Of a stretch of DNA of 64,000 nucleotides, positions 28,486 to 39,186 are shown in pieces (the stretch's first letter is position 1; each line of letters opens with the position of its first letter). The position numbers and the translations under genes are program-made. The notes beneath the pieces were generated by a model. That model had not been told where the DNA came from. It did not search any database and was given only the letters and a program-made list of their open reading frames with translations. This DNA is from a virus (Duplodnaviria; Caudoviricetes), in the IMG/VR virus record IMGVR_UViG_2740891861_000008, positions 17,256 through 81,255 of that record; one strand, given 5' to 3'.

Positions 28486-28721
28486 CGCGCGGCTCTCCCC
28501 TGGTCTTCGCGCTGGGCACGTTGCACCGGCCGCCGCGCATCGACGACGACCAGCAGGCGCTGGGCATCAGCTCGCTCGCCAGGGGTCTCGCCATGCTGGG
28601 CAAGCACGTTGCAGGCGAGCCGGATCAGGAGATCGCTGTGATGTGCGACATCGGCGAGGACGGCGCGGGCCTCGGCCACGCGGTCGGCGGGCCAGGCGGA
28701 ACTGCGGGGGTGGATCGTCAT
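28482..28721 (-). CDS. Phage hypothetical protein (start MTIHPR)
   Basis: 79 aa, ATGA-coupled on both sides. Confidence 0.6.
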   Translation of the reverse strand: MTIHPRSSAWPADRVAEARAVLADVAHHSDLLIRLACNVLAQHGETPGERADAQRLLVVVDARRPVQRAQREDQGRAAR

Positions 28722-28966
28722 GACCGCCCCCGCGTCTTGCGCACCGGGTGAGCCTGTTCCTGCGCCCTGATCCACTCCTGGATGGCGGCGCGGCGATAGA
28801 AGGTCTTTCGACCTATGCGTGTGCAGGGCGGACCCTGACGGCGGGCCTCCCACCGCGACAAAGTGTCTGTGGTCAAATCCAGTGCGCGGGCCAGCTGCTC
28901 GCGGCTGATCCAGTCGGCCAGGAGGTCAGGGACCTCCTCCACCGGGTCGTTTTGTATGTCCTTCAT
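28718..28966 (-). CDS. Excisionase/AlpA-like HTH protein
   Basis: SREQLARAL..TLSRW..GPP..IGRKTFY motif. Confidence 0.8.
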   Translation of the reverse strand: MKDIQNDPVEEVPDLLADWISREQLARALDLTTDTLSRWEARRQGPPCTRIGRKTFYRRAAIQEWIRAQEQAHPVRKTRGRS

Positions 28967-29027
28967 GGGCTGCTCCGTTCGCCTCGCGCCCCTCTGCCGG
29001 GGGCGGTTTCAGCGAAGCAGAGCGCGA

Positions 29028-29080
29028 GGACCGGAAGACAGGCGGAAGGTGGAACTGGCCGCTAGCTCCCAATTCCACCC
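29028..29080. promoter_or_regulatory. Operator-like repeat, copy 1 (upstream of excisionase operon)
   Basis: GGACCGGAAGACAGGCGGAAGGTGGAACTG-N12-CAATTCC; 28/30 identical to the copy at 31536. Confidence 0.6.
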
Positions 29081-29588
29081 CTTGTTTTATTGGACTTTCA
29101 GCGGATAGCGCGCGACGCGACAGGCGTTGCCGCAGCCCTCGCAGCGCATCTCAAGCGCCGGTTCCTGGCGACGATCCGCACTTCGTCGCCATCGTTTCGT
29201 CAGCTTGGGGCTGATTGGGCGGCGCTGAGACGGTTTCGCCGGTTTCGCAGCGACCGGAATTGCCGGAATGGACCGTTCCGGTCGGGTTCCGGGGGTGCTG
29301 GACGATATCCACAAGTTCTTTTTTTGTTCCGTCGCGCCAGCGTAGGATTCTGGTTGATCGCTCGCCTTCCGGATGCGTAGATTCGTGGTTGAGCAGAACA
29401 TAAGAATCGACAAGGCAACCGAAGCCAGGTCCCGCCCCTCTTGGGGTGGAGTGCCCAATTACAGGCAGTTTTCCTCGACGACGTGGGCTGCAGCCAGTCC
29501 ACCCGCGTGCTTGGCACGGCGGGTTTTTGTAACCCGCAGTCCGACGGCCCTGGCCGAAGGATGCCGTATGTCTGAGAGGAGTTCATTC

Positions 29589-30191
29589 ATGCCTTTGCCG
29601 CCCGTCGCCTTCTATTCCATCTACGAAATTGCCGTGCGCTGGGGCTGTCCCCCGGCCGATGTCGCGGGCTGGGCGGCAGAGGGCCAGCTGAAGGTCGTCG
29701 CAGGCATTCCGCCCGTCAGATGTGGGGATGAAGTCGTGGGGGGCTTGGTCGAGGTGCCCATCGCGGAACTGATGTGCATGTTCAGGCGGTTCGGGCCGAG
29801 CGACGATATCGGCCGATTGAAGCGCGTTCTCAAACCCGGCAGCGCGACCTGGGCGCACGTGACCGAACCTTCGGATGGTCTGCCGATCCGCTCGTCAGAC
29901 CTGATGGTGGCGTCGGGGTCGTTGCTGCAATTCGAGGAAGAACGCGACCTATTGCGCCGCCCGGCCTCCACCATCGGCGCCAGTCCGCGGTACGATTGGG
30001 ATTCCATGTACGCGTGGCTGACCGTTTTCCTGTTCGAAAAGGGGGTGCCCGACACCCAGACCGCGCTGGTTGCGCTGGTGCAGGACTGGTTCGTCCAGAA
30101 TTCGAAGTCGGGGGAAGTGCCGGATGAAAGCACCATCCGCAAGCGGCTGACCTCCCTCTGGCGCAAGCTGCGTGGCGAGGAAACGGTGTGA
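29589..30191 (+). CDS. Divergent hypothetical DNA-binding protein (possible regulator)
   Basis: GAGGAG RBS; HTH-like YSIYEIAVRWG at N terminus and PDESTIRK at C terminus. Confidence 0.65.
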   Translation: MPLPPVAFYSIYEIAVRWGCPPADVAGWAAEGQLKVVAGIPPVRCGDEVVGGLVEVPIAELMCMFRRFGPSDDIGRLKRVLKPGSATWAHVTEPSDGLPIRSSDLMVASGSLLQFEEERDLLRRPASTIGASPRYDWDSMYAWLTVFLFEKGVPDTQTALVALVQDWFVQNSKSGEVPDESTIRKRLTSLWRKLRGEETV

Positions 30192-30194
30192 AGG

Positions 30195-31466
30195 TCAGGC
30201 CGATTTCGGCAAGTCGGTTCCGTCCTGCGCTGCGTCATGCACAAGGCGGGGCCGCGGGCGCAGGAGACTGGCCACCGTATCGACGCCTGCGCGCAAGGGG
30301 GAATCCATCAGGTGCGCATAACGCTGGGTGGTCTGCATCTGGCTGTGGCCCAAGAGCTTGCCGATCATTTCCAGCGATGCGCCGCCGCTGACAAGCAGGG
30401 AGGCGAAGGTGTGGCGCAGGTCGTGGATGCGGACGTCGGCCAGCCCGGCGTCCTTCTGTGCCTTGGCCCAGAAACGGCGGATTTCACGCACCGGCTGGCC
30501 AACCGTCTCGCCGGGGAAGAGCCACGGATTGCCGCTCGGCACCGCCCGCAGACGCAGGCGCACGATGGCTGCGACGTCCTGCGAAATCGGCACACGGTGG
30601 ATCTTGCGCTGCTTGGTGGTCGAGGCGGGTTTCGACCAGATGGCATAGTCGAGGTTCAACTGTTCGAACCGCGCGGTGCGAACCTCGCCCACCCGCGCGC
30701 CGGTCAACATGCACATGCGGATGATCGCCGCGGCGCGCTGATCCTCGGCGCCATCCAGCACGGCCGCCAGTCGAGTCAGCTCTTCGGGCGACAGGAAGCG
30801 CTCGCGGGCATGTTCGATGCGACGATGGAACCCCTGCGCGGGGTTGTCCGTCCGCCATTCCCATTCCATGGCCAGCGTGAACATCTTGCGCAGCACCTCA
30901 CCCATGCGGTTGGCGCGGATCGGGGTGGGCTTGTGGCCCTGCAGTTTGCGGGCCCTGTTATTGGGTTTCGCCTTGCAGGGGCGGGGGCGGCCCTCGGCCA
31001 CAAAATCGAGGAACTTTGCCACATCGGACTTGGTGATCTCTGTCACCAGCCGGTTGCCCCAGGCCGGTTCCACCATCTTCTTCAGCATCGAGACCTGGTC
31101 GCCCGCATTGGTCTTGGCGAGTTTCGGCAGATGCTCGGCGATGTAGCGGTCGATCATGTCCGTGACGCGCGGGGCCCCTCGCCATTCGTCGCGCGCCGCC
31201 AGAGGGTCCTGCCCTTCGTCGATGGCGCGCCGCAGTTCCTTGGCGCGTTCGCGCGCGGCCGTGACGCTCCACTCCGGCCAGCGCCCGATGGTCATCCGGC
31301 GCTGCCGCCCTGAGTGCCGGTAGTCGATGGTGAAGGTCCGCGCGCCCGAGGCCTGCACGCGGGCGGCGAAGCCGATCACCTCCGTGTCGAAGATCTGATA
31401 GCTGACGCCGGGCTTGGGGTCCGCCTCGCGCAGGGTTTTCTCATTCAGTTTCAGTCTCTTGACCAT
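30195..31466 (-). CDS. Tyrosine integrase with arm-binding domain
   Basis: TGARVGE, HDLRH, LLGH and TQRY catalytic motifs. Confidence 0.95.
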   Translation of the reverse strand: MVKRLKLNEKTLREADPKPGVSYQIFDTEVIGFAARVQASGARTFTIDYRHSGRQRRMTIGRWPEWSVTAARERAKELRRAIDEGQDPLAARDEWRGAPRVTDMIDRYIAEHLPKLAKTNAGDQVSMLKKMVEPAWGNRLVTEITKSDVAKFLDFVAEGRPRPCKAKPNNRARKLQGHKPTPIRANRMGEVLRKMFTLAMEWEWRTDNPAQGFHRRIEHARERFLSPEELTRLAAVLDGAEDQRAAAIIRMCMLTGARVGEVRTARFEQLNLDYAIWSKPASTTKQRKIHRVPISQDVAAIVRLRLRAVPSGNPWLFPGETVGQPVREIRRFWAKAQKDAGLADVRIHDLRHTFASLLVSGGASLEMIGKLLGHSQMQTTQRYAHLMDSPLRAGVDTVASLLRPRPRLVHDAAQDGTDLPKSA

Positions 31467-31535
31467 GCTTCGCACCTCCGTCGCCAACGACACAGGCGTA
31501 GACCTGCGCCACTATCAAGTCGGACCACAGGGCCG

Positions 31536-31584
31536 GGACCGGAATACAGGCGGAAGGTGGAATTGAAGGCCGGGGGACAATTCC
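31536..31584. promoter_or_regulatory. Operator-like repeat, copy 2 (upstream of integrase)
   Basis: GGACCGGAATACAGGCGGAAGGTGGAATTG-N12-CAATTCC. Confidence 0.6.
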
Positions 31585-31729
31585 GGGAAGGAAAAACAAG
31601 GTGTTACGCGACTTGGCCCAGTGCGAGGGGTTGGGAAAAGACGGACGCACTCCACCATCTTCGCCGATGGTTTGATCGGGATCTGCGCATGAGGTAATCC
31701 TGTCGGAACGCTCCTATCCCGAAACTGCA

Positions 31730-32179
31730 ATGCCCAGCGCCAAGCCTCCGAGAAACCTGACGCCCGTTCTTTGCCAGCGGCTGCAGACCGAGATGCTGAA
31801 GGCCTGCGAAGCCGTCGCCGCCCGTCATGGCCTGGTGGTCGAGCCGCGCGACATCACCGGCGTTGACCTGCGCTGGGGGTTTGATGCGACGTTTCGGGTG
31901 TCGATCCCGATGGCTGATGGAACTGCCCTTAACCCTGAAAGACTGCGCTTCGAGGCGCTGGCAGAAGCGTTCGGCTTGTCGCCGAACGATTTCGGACGCC
32001 AGTTCAGCGCAGGGCGCGAGTCCTTCCGGATCACTGGCATCGACCCCCGCCGCCCCAAATACCCGGTTTCCGCCGAACGCATCCCTGACGGGCAAGGATT
32101 CAAGTTCACCATCGAACAAGTAGCGACACAGCTGCAGAAGGGTATGAAGGATGTGACACCGAGGGGCAAAGGTTGGTAG
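31730..32179 (+). CDS. Hypothetical protein
   Basis: 149 aa ORF with natural-looking composition (ITGIDPRRPKYPV). Confidence 0.6.
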   Translation: MPSAKPPRNLTPVLCQRLQTEMLKACEAVAARHGLVVEPRDITGVDLRWGFDATFRVSIPMADGTALNPERLRFEALAEAFGLSPNDFGRQFSAGRESFRITGIDPRRPKYPVSAERIPDGQGFKFTIEQVATQLQKGMKDVTPRGKGW

Positions 32180-32383
32180 CTCTCAGACGTAAAGCGGCCG
32201 ATCGATCTCTTCTCGAGCAACGATCCCATCGCTCAGCCAGATCGGTTTTCCTGTTACCCGAAACTTCGTGCCGGAAACTCTCATTCCATGATGCGCCGAT
32301 CAGTCGTCTGTCGACTCCAGCTCATACACTATGCATTCTAGAGAGATGAAAATGGAAGTCTGTCTGCATGTTTTGGCCTGCGA

Positions 32384-33490
32384 GTGCGGGTACTATGCCT
32401 GCAACATGTAGCGCAATTCAAACAAGGGTTCTTGATAGTGATCGTGAGCGCCACTAGCACAAAGTCCAAGGTCACCTTCTTGGAAACGGTTTATCCACCG
32501 ATTTCCAATCAGGAGACTATCTGGCTTCAGAATGACCCGGAGGTGGAGGCGCTGCTGAGGCAGAGTGACTTCTATATGATAGGGGGGCGCGCCGAGGCAA
32601 AATACTTGAATCTCGTCATCGACCCTGAGGCCAATGCTATCACCTTTGACTTCGCGATTGGCGACGATTTTCGTGACCCCGTCGAGATCCGCATCCGCGA
32701 TCTACCAGCCGTCAAGCAATCGAACGCTGATTCCTTTTGGATCGAGACCGGCGACAAGAATATCCGAATATGGGACGGACCGATCGGCGAGGCCAGCTCG
32801 AACGTTCTGGAGTGGTTCACGACCGAGAAACTGATTTGGGATCGGTCGCGTGGCCGTATGGGTATCGAGCGCTTCGATCGTTACCGCGAGGCCGCGATCT
32901 ACGATCTCCTTTATGTCGGCATCGCCAAGGTCGGTGACAGCTTCGACCGTCTCATCAGCAATGGGCACAAAGCTCGCATGGAGATCCTCGGCAACGAGCC
33001 CCAGCGCTATCCCGGAGCGCGGGTGACCGACGAAATCTATTTGTTCTTGTTCAACGTGCAGCCGCTCATCATGACGACATTCGAGCTGGGCCATGACTTC
33101 GAGAACGAAGATTTCAGAAGCGCCTACGACCATAAGCGTATCGTCGCCGACGCCGAGAAGGCGTTCGTAAGCACCCTGAAGCCCGAATACAACGTGGTGA
33201 AGTTCGCGAGCTACCCGAAGGGTGCGGACGGCCTCTACGGCTCTGACTTCGTTCGATACGGCTACGCGATCTGCGAGGCCATCTCCTTCAACACGGCGCA
33301 TGGCCGGATCAGGGGAAGCCGGGACGCGGACACCGGCTTCATCACTAATGATGCCGACAGCATCTTCGTCGAAGGAAACACTGTGAAGCTGTTCGTCTCG
33401 GGCGTCGACTTCTCGGCCGAGTCGCCGCCAGCCGCGCTGAATGCGGCTCCGCAAGTCGACAAGAAGGAAGAAAACCAGGGGGGTGTATGA
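32384..33490 (+). CDS. Uncharacterised protein with GIY-YIG-like C-terminal half (start may be GTG near 32444)
   Basis: LLYVGIA..DRL...H..AEKAF..KPEYN pattern; ATGA overlap with the ATPase. Confidence 0.6.
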   Translation: MRVLCLQHVAQFKQGFLIVIVSATSTKSKVTFLETVYPPISNQETIWLQNDPEVEALLRQSDFYMIGGRAEAKYLNLVIDPEANAITFDFAIGDDFRDPVEIRIRDLPAVKQSNADSFWIETGDKNIRIWDGPIGEASSNVLEWFTTEKLIWDRSRGRMGIERFDRYREAAIYDLLYVGIAKVGDSFDRLISNGHKARMEILGNEPQRYPGARVTDEIYLFLFNVQPLIMTTFELGHDFENEDFRSAYDHKRIVADAEKAFVSTLKPEYNVVKFASYPKGADGLYGSDFVRYGYAICEAISFNTAHGRIRGSRDADTGFITNDADSIFVEGNTVKLFVSGVDFSAESPPAALNAAPQVDKKEENQGGV

Positions 33491-36450
33491 TCAATCGCGG
33501 TTCCGAATGGCATCGATGGGAGCCGCATATCCATGCGCCCGGCACCCTGTTCAACAACCAATTCAAAGGCCCGAGCGCCTGGAACGACTATCTCACCAGC
33601 CTCGAACAGGCGACGCCGGTGATACGCGCGATTGCGGTGACCGACTATTATTGTACCGACACCTATCAGGACGTTGTCCGAGAGATGAAGGAAAATGGCC
33701 GCCTGCCACAGGTTGCGCTTGTTTTCCCCAATGTCGAGCTACGGCTCGACGTGGCGACTGTGAAAGAACGCTGGACCAACATCCACTTGCTCGTCTGCCC
33801 CGACGATCCGAAGCATGTGGCTGAGGTGGAACGATTTCTCAGCCGGCTGAGATTTGAAGCCTTCGGCGACAACTTCGCCTGCACGAGAGAAGACTTCGTC
33901 AAGCTGGGCCGGAAATCCAAGCCAGAGCTCAGCGACGAGCGGGCCGCGTTCCGCCACGGGGCTTCGCAGTTCAAGGTCAACTTCGGAAAGTTGCGCGAAG
34001 AATACGGCAAGAGCGATTGGGCGAAAGAGAACATCCTGATCGCCGTCGCAGGGGCCGAGACCGATGGCACGTCCGGCATCCGCGATGCGAATGACGCAAC
34101 CTTGCGACAGGAAATCGAGAAGTTCGCGCACTTCATTTTTGCCAGCAGCCCGGCCCAGAGGGATTTCTGGCTAGGCCGGAAAAGCGGCGTCGGAGAAGAC
34201 CTGCTGCGCGAACGATATGACGGGTGCAAACCGTGCCTGCACGGCAGCGATGCGCATGAGCAGGCGACCGTCGCCAAGCCAGACGGCAACCGCTACTCTT
34301 GGATCAAAGGTGCGCTCGAATTCGATGCGCTACGCCAAGCCTACATCGATCCTGCGGGCCGGGCTTATGTCGGACCTAATCCCCCGTTTCGAGCGACGCC
34401 CGCACGCGTTGTCGCGGAGGTCGAATTGACGGGCGCCGACTGGGCGCAGACGCCCAAGCTCGCGCTCAACCCCGGTTTAGTCGCTATCATTGGGGCCCGG
34501 GGATCGGGCAAGACCGCGCTTGCGGATGCGATCGCGGCGGGATGCGACGCGACGGATGGACGATTGAGCAATGCGTCATTTATCGTGCGAGCGCGAGAGC
34601 ATCTCGACGGCGTAGGCGTCCGGCTGAGCTGGGAGACCGGAGATCCGTCGGTGCGCCCCTTGCTCGACGATTCATTTGATCCGTCGCTCTACCCGCGAGC
34701 GCGGTATCTTTCCCAGAAATTCGTCGAGGAGCTTTGTTCGGCTGATGGCCTCAAGGACGAATTGCTGAGCGAGATCGAACGGGTCATTTTTGAAGCGCAT
34801 AGCACGCTGGAACGCGACGGAGCGACGGATTTTCGTGAGCTGTTGGAGTTGCGGACGATCGTGTTGCGCGACAACCGCGGCCGTGACGAAGAGGCCATTG
34901 AGACACTCTCTGATCAAATCGGGCTCGAACGCGAGAAGCAGAGCCAGATCGTGGGCCTCAAATCGCAAATCACTCAGAAGGACGCGCTGATAGCGGGCTA
35001 TATCAAGAGCCGAGACAAGTTGGTAACCGCGGGCAGCGCGGAGCGCGTCGCGCGGCTGAACGCGCTGACTGAAGCCGCCGATTATGTCCGGACGCAGATT
35101 CGGCTTTGGTCACAGGAGACTCAGGCTCTGCGCTCATTGCAGAACGACGTATCCGATTTCCGAACAAATCGCGCGCCGATGGCCCTGCGAACGACCAAGC
35201 AGAACTTCGTTGGTGCGCATCTCGATGATACGTCGTGGGAGGCATTCCGGCAGACCTACGCCGGCAACGTCGACGGGACATTGACTGAGCGACTGGCCAA
35301 GGCCGAGAAGGCAACTGCAGGGTGGCGAGGTAAGGAGCTGCCGCGTAAGACGAGCGACCAGGAGCCCTTTGTCGCTGACGACGCCGAGCTTAAGCAATTG
35401 TCGCTTGGCGAACTTGAGGCCGAGATCGGCCGCATTCAGCGCCTCATTAACATTGATACCGACACTGCCAATCGCTTGCGCACGATCACCACTAAGATCG
35501 GGGACGAGAACGCCACCCTGAAGCGGCTGAAGGATTCCCTGACCGACTGCGAAGGCGCGGCGGCGCGGACCACGCAGCTCCAGTCCGATCGAGAGAAGGC
35601 CTATTTGCGGGTCTTCGAATCCATTGTTGCCGAAGAACAAGTGCTGCACGCGCTGTATCGACCGCTCATGGACCGGCTTGCGCAAGCGTCCGGGACACTG
35701 CGCAAATTGTCGTTCTCAGTGTCGCGCCATGCGGATGTGCATCGCTGGGCGACAGAGGGCGAAGGCCTGTTCGACAAACGACGCACCGGCCCGTTCAAGG
35801 GCGTTGGCACTCTGGAGGCTTGGGCCAACGCGCTGCTGAAGCCGGCGTGGGAATCGGGCGATCCAAAAGCCGTTGCCGAGGCCATGGCGGGGTTCCGCCA
35901 GGCTCATCAGGCCGAACTGCTCGATCTCTCCGAGGTGCCGCGATCACAGCAAGCGGATTATCGCTCCTGGCTGAGACGCTTCGCCAAGTGGCTTTACGGC
36001 ACGAGCCATATCGAGATCACCTATAGTATCGACTACGAAGCCGTCGACATCCGCAAGCTCTCTCCAGGCACGCGCGGCATCGTCCTGCTGTTGCTCTATC
36101 TCGCCTTGGACGATAGTGATGACCGCCCGCTGATCATCGACCAGCCGGAGGAAAACCTCGATCCGAAGTCGATCTTCGACGAGCTGGTAGAGCTATTCAT
36201 CGCCGCGAAAAACGTACGCCAGGTCATTATGGTAACGCACAACGCGAACCTCGTCGTCAACACGGATGCCGATCAGGTCATCGTTGCGTTTTCCGGCACA
36301 CATACGCCAGGCAAGCTGCCGCCCATTCGCTACCTGTCGGGTGGCCTTGAAGACGCGACGATGCGAAAGCATGTCTGCGATATCCTCGAGGGTGGCGACC
36401 GTGCATTTAAGGAGCGCGCGCGGCGCCTCCGTGTCCGCCTCGATCGATGA
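33487..36450 (+). CDS. PHP-domain plus ABC/SMC-like ATPase (Ppl/TrlF-like)
   Basis: PHIH, VTDY, NVELR and GSDAH (PHP); GARGSGKT, coiled coil, LSPGTRG, IIDQPE and VTH (ATPase). Confidence 0.88.
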   Translation: MINRGSEWHRWEPHIHAPGTLFNNQFKGPSAWNDYLTSLEQATPVIRAIAVTDYYCTDTYQDVVREMKENGRLPQVALVFPNVELRLDVATVKERWTNIHLLVCPDDPKHVAEVERFLSRLRFEAFGDNFACTREDFVKLGRKSKPELSDERAAFRHGASQFKVNFGKLREEYGKSDWAKENILIAVAGAETDGTSGIRDANDATLRQEIEKFAHFIFASSPAQRDFWLGRKSGVGEDLLRERYDGCKPCLHGSDAHEQATVAKPDGNRYSWIKGALEFDALRQAYIDPAGRAYVGPNPPFRATPARVVAEVELTGADWAQTPKLALNPGLVAIIGARGSGKTALADAIAAGCDATDGRLSNASFIVRAREHLDGVGVRLSWETGDPSVRPLLDDSFDPSLYPRARYLSQKFVEELCSADGLKDELLSEIERVIFEAHSTLERDGATDFRELLELRTIVLRDNRGRDEEAIETLSDQIGLEREKQSQIVGLKSQITQKDALIAGYIKSRDKLVTAGSAERVARLNALTEAADYVRTQIRLWSQETQALRSLQNDVSDFRTNRAPMALRTTKQNFVGAHLDDTSWEAFRQTYAGNVDGTLTERLAKAEKATAGWRGKELPRKTSDQEPFVADDAELKQLSLGELEAEIGRIQRLINIDTDTANRLRTITTKIGDENATLKRLKDSLTDCEGAAARTTQLQSDREKAYLRVFESIVAEEQVLHALYRPLMDRLAQASGTLRKLSFSVSRHADVHRWATEGEGLFDKRRTGPFKGVGTLEAWANALLKPAWESGDPKAVAEAMAGFRQAHQAELLDLSEVPRSQQADYRSWLRRFAKWLYGTSHIEITYSIDYEAVDIRKLSPGTRGIVLLLLYLALDDSDDRPLIIDQPEENLDPKSIFDELVELFIAAKNVRQVIMVTHNANLVVNTDADQVIVAFSGTHTPGKLPPIRYLSGGLEDATMRKHVCDILEGGDRAFKERARRLRVRLDR

Positions 36451-36877
36451 GGACGGAAGATGAGATGGAAAGCATGTTGGTCCGGATCGTGTCGGCCGAT
36501 CTGGCGCTACATCTCTATCAATGGCCCGCAAACGCCGAGCGGGTTCATTTGAAGTCAACAACATTCGACAGTGCTGGCAATCTTTAGTGAGGTCCCGAAA
36601 TAGCCATTCGCCCCCGTCATGTTGAACGGCAGCTTCCTGCGCTTTGGGTTCAATGTACTGTGGCTGCCGTGCCCTTCTGTGGCGCGTGCGATCATCGTCG
36701 TAGGTTGGGCGTCCGTGCTCTTGTCAACGTCTGGTCAACCCGCGAATGCCGCCTCGGCACTTCGGAAGCTGTCGAATCACGATGATACTTGGTAGATTCC
36801 AACGAGAGATTTTGCGATTTCAAAGGCTTGCTCGCTAACGCATTGATTTGAAGGGAATCTGAAAAATTACAGGGCTC

Positions 36878-36924
36878 GGCTCATAACCTGAAGGCCGTAG
36901 GTTCAAATCCTACCCCCGCAACCA
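36878..36924 (+). repeat. att site: 3' half of tRNA-fMet(CAT), copy 1
   Basis: GGCTCATAACCTGAAGGCCGTAGGTTCAAATCCTACCCCCGCAACCA; no 5' half upstream. Confidence 0.92.
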
Positions 36925-36952
36925 GAAAATAACGCGTTATCAAACGCTTATG

Positions 36953-36975
36953 CGCCGCCCTCCGGGGCGGCGTTT
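36953..36975 (+). terminator. Hairpin after att copy 1
   Basis: CGCCGCCC-TCCG-GGGCGGCG-TTT. Confidence 0.65.
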
Positions 36976-36991
36976 GCGTTTCCAGCACCCG

Positions 36992-37010
36992 TGGAAGCAC
37001 TGTGGAAGCA
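36992..37010 (+). repeat. Putative integrase arm sites TGGAAGCA x2 (11-bp period), left end of element 2
   Basis: Copies at 36992 and 37003; the same pair recurs at 51738 and 51749. Confidence 0.7.
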
Positions 37011-37084
37011 AGAGGGCGCGAAGTCCTTCATGTCGCTGCGTAAATCTGCACGCGCCGAAATTAGTGCAGCATGAGCGGCGCCCC

Positions 37085-38959
37085 TCAAGGGAACATCCTC
37101 TCGCAAGCTGACCGATGTGCCAGCGACAGCGCCTCTGGATCGATGCCAAGCCGATCAGCGTACTGGATGCTCATTCCGTCCATCACATCGGTGATCGACA
37201 CTGCGAGCAGTTCGTCCTTCGAGAGGTGCGTCCTGCGATAGACCTGCTCCATCAAGGGAAGGATGTGGCGCTGTATCTTGGTGCGTTCGCTTGGTGAGAG
37301 CCGTGCACACAGGCAAGCATGCATGCACCAGAAGCAGGTGGCCCAGCACTCGAGCAAGTCGGCAGGAAGTTGGTCGTGGACGCTGTCAAGCTTCAAGAAC
37401 CGTATGGCGGGCTTTGACCCGCCGAAAACTTTGAAAATCAGCCGTCCGAGGACGTAAGGCCAACTGTTGGGATCGCCCTCCACGGGTAGAACCTGCAAGC
37501 TTGTCCGATCTTTCAGCTTTTCGCCTGCCTTGTCCGTGCCTCTCCACGAGGCGGCACAGATGATCATCAGTAGTGCGCGAAGCCGCAGAAAATCGCGGGA
37601 CGAAAGGCTGCCACTCTCCTGCTTGAGTTCGATGCGCTTAGCGAAGTCCGCGGCCGCCTTCACAAGCTGATCCTTCGTCGCCTGCGCCCGACGAGCGTTG
37701 CGACGCTGCTCTTCCTCGCCTCCGTCCTGAACTGGCCTCGAAGTCGGTTTGGCCGCGAACTCCTCCCCTGCCGCCATCGCGGCTTCGGCATTCTGGGTCT
37801 CGTCCCCGAGATCGAAGGCATCCTTCAGGGCGTCCTCGTCGTTTTCATCGACCGGCGTTACGAGCGAGTTCAACCCGACGATCCGGTTCAGAAAGCCGCG
37901 GACGATAGATACGTCGCTGCCGCCGAGGCTGTTGTGCTGAACATGCCCCGATTGGTGTGGCCGACGACCAGCGATGAAGTCGTCGTAGCTCAGTTGGCGA
38001 TGCTTCTGGCCGCCTTCATCCGTTTCCTTTCGAGCCTTCGGGATGGAGACGCCTTCGCCGTGCCCGTCGGCATCGCGATCTTCGATCTTCTCGAGCAAGT
38101 CCTGCACTTCGAGCAAAGCGAGGGTGGCTTCTGTTTCGCCGTCCAGCTGAGCGAGCGCATTCTCCGTTTGTCGTGAGTGTGTTTCGCGAATTGCGATCTG
38201 CAGGGCATCTATGTGCGTGATGATCCCTGGCGTGAACTCGTGCGGCCCGATCAGTCGTGCGAAGGCCGGAAGGTCATCGGTTGCCTCAATCTGGAAGCGG
38301 ATTCTCCGATGATCAGTACCTTCGAGTCGTGTCGGATTGCTGACCAGCGGCGCGCCGGAGGCAGCCAGCAATTCGACTTCATATGCCTCGGGTGCGCCGA
38401 TTTGCGCAGCTGGTCGCCAGCTCAGCGTGTCGCCGTGAACTGCGAAAATGCCCGGGTGACTCTGAGAGAGGGCGTCGAACGGGATGTCTTCTTCGACGTG
38501 CAGCGGCGGCAGCTTCTCAGCCTCAATTCTCCTCTCGGGCGTGAGCACCTTCTCCAGCCCCAACTCCGAGACAGCCCGACCTGGCGGCAGCTGACGGTAT
38601 AGGCTTGCCTCGCTGTTGGAGCCTGATGTGTTCCCAGTGCCAAGAGCTGCAACCGTGCAGTTCGCGCTGCCAATCAAGAGGTGGTCCGCCGTATCGGTTT
38701 GCGCGATCAGAGCTTTGGCATGGATGAAGCGACTGCCCCCAAAGCCATCCCGGCGATAGAGCGTGATGCCGGAAATGCTCCCTGTCGCATCCCGCGGGAA
38801 CAACCCGGTGTCTGTGTCGATGAGCGCAGCGATTGCCCGTGGGCGAAGCCGCTCAGCAAGAGCCGACAGGGCTCCGAGCCGCTCATCCCAATAGGGACTG
38901 ATGACGATCAGGCGTTTCACTTCGCCGTCGATCTCGCGGGCGACGCGTGCGCCTATGGG
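37085..38959 (-). pseudogene. 5'-truncated PLD (HKD)-family protein
   Basis: ISPYWD and HAK..D..GSAN motifs; frame runs into a TAG at the junction near 38960. Confidence 0.7.
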
Positions 38960-38977
38960 CTACAAGATGGACAAGGC

Positions 38978-39186
38978 TGTTCCGGCTGGCGCGGGAGGAA
39001 CGGGACGCGTGGGTGACCTGGCCTGCGCGCGCGGCGGCGCTGATGGCGGCCGAGCTCTCGGCCTCGTGCCGCGACGCGACGGGCCAGCAAATCACCGTGG
39101 AGCCAGCCGCGATGCAGAAGGTCCTGGAAAAACATGTACGCGCCCACCTCGACGAACTCGCCGAGGTCCGGCCCGACTTCCGGTGA
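38978..39186 (+). pseudogene. 3' remnant of a terminase small subunit
   Basis: FRLAREERDAWVTWP..HVRAHLDELA is homologous to the C terminus of 9911-10447. Confidence 0.85.

Larger units (their letters stand above)
1..36877. mobile_element. Element 1: lambda-like prophage, right part; ends at tRNA-fMet att fragment
   Basis: Co-oriented (-) tail, capsid, portal, terminase, MTase, replication, excisionase and integrase genes, followed by cargo up to the att copy at 36878. Confidence 0.85.
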
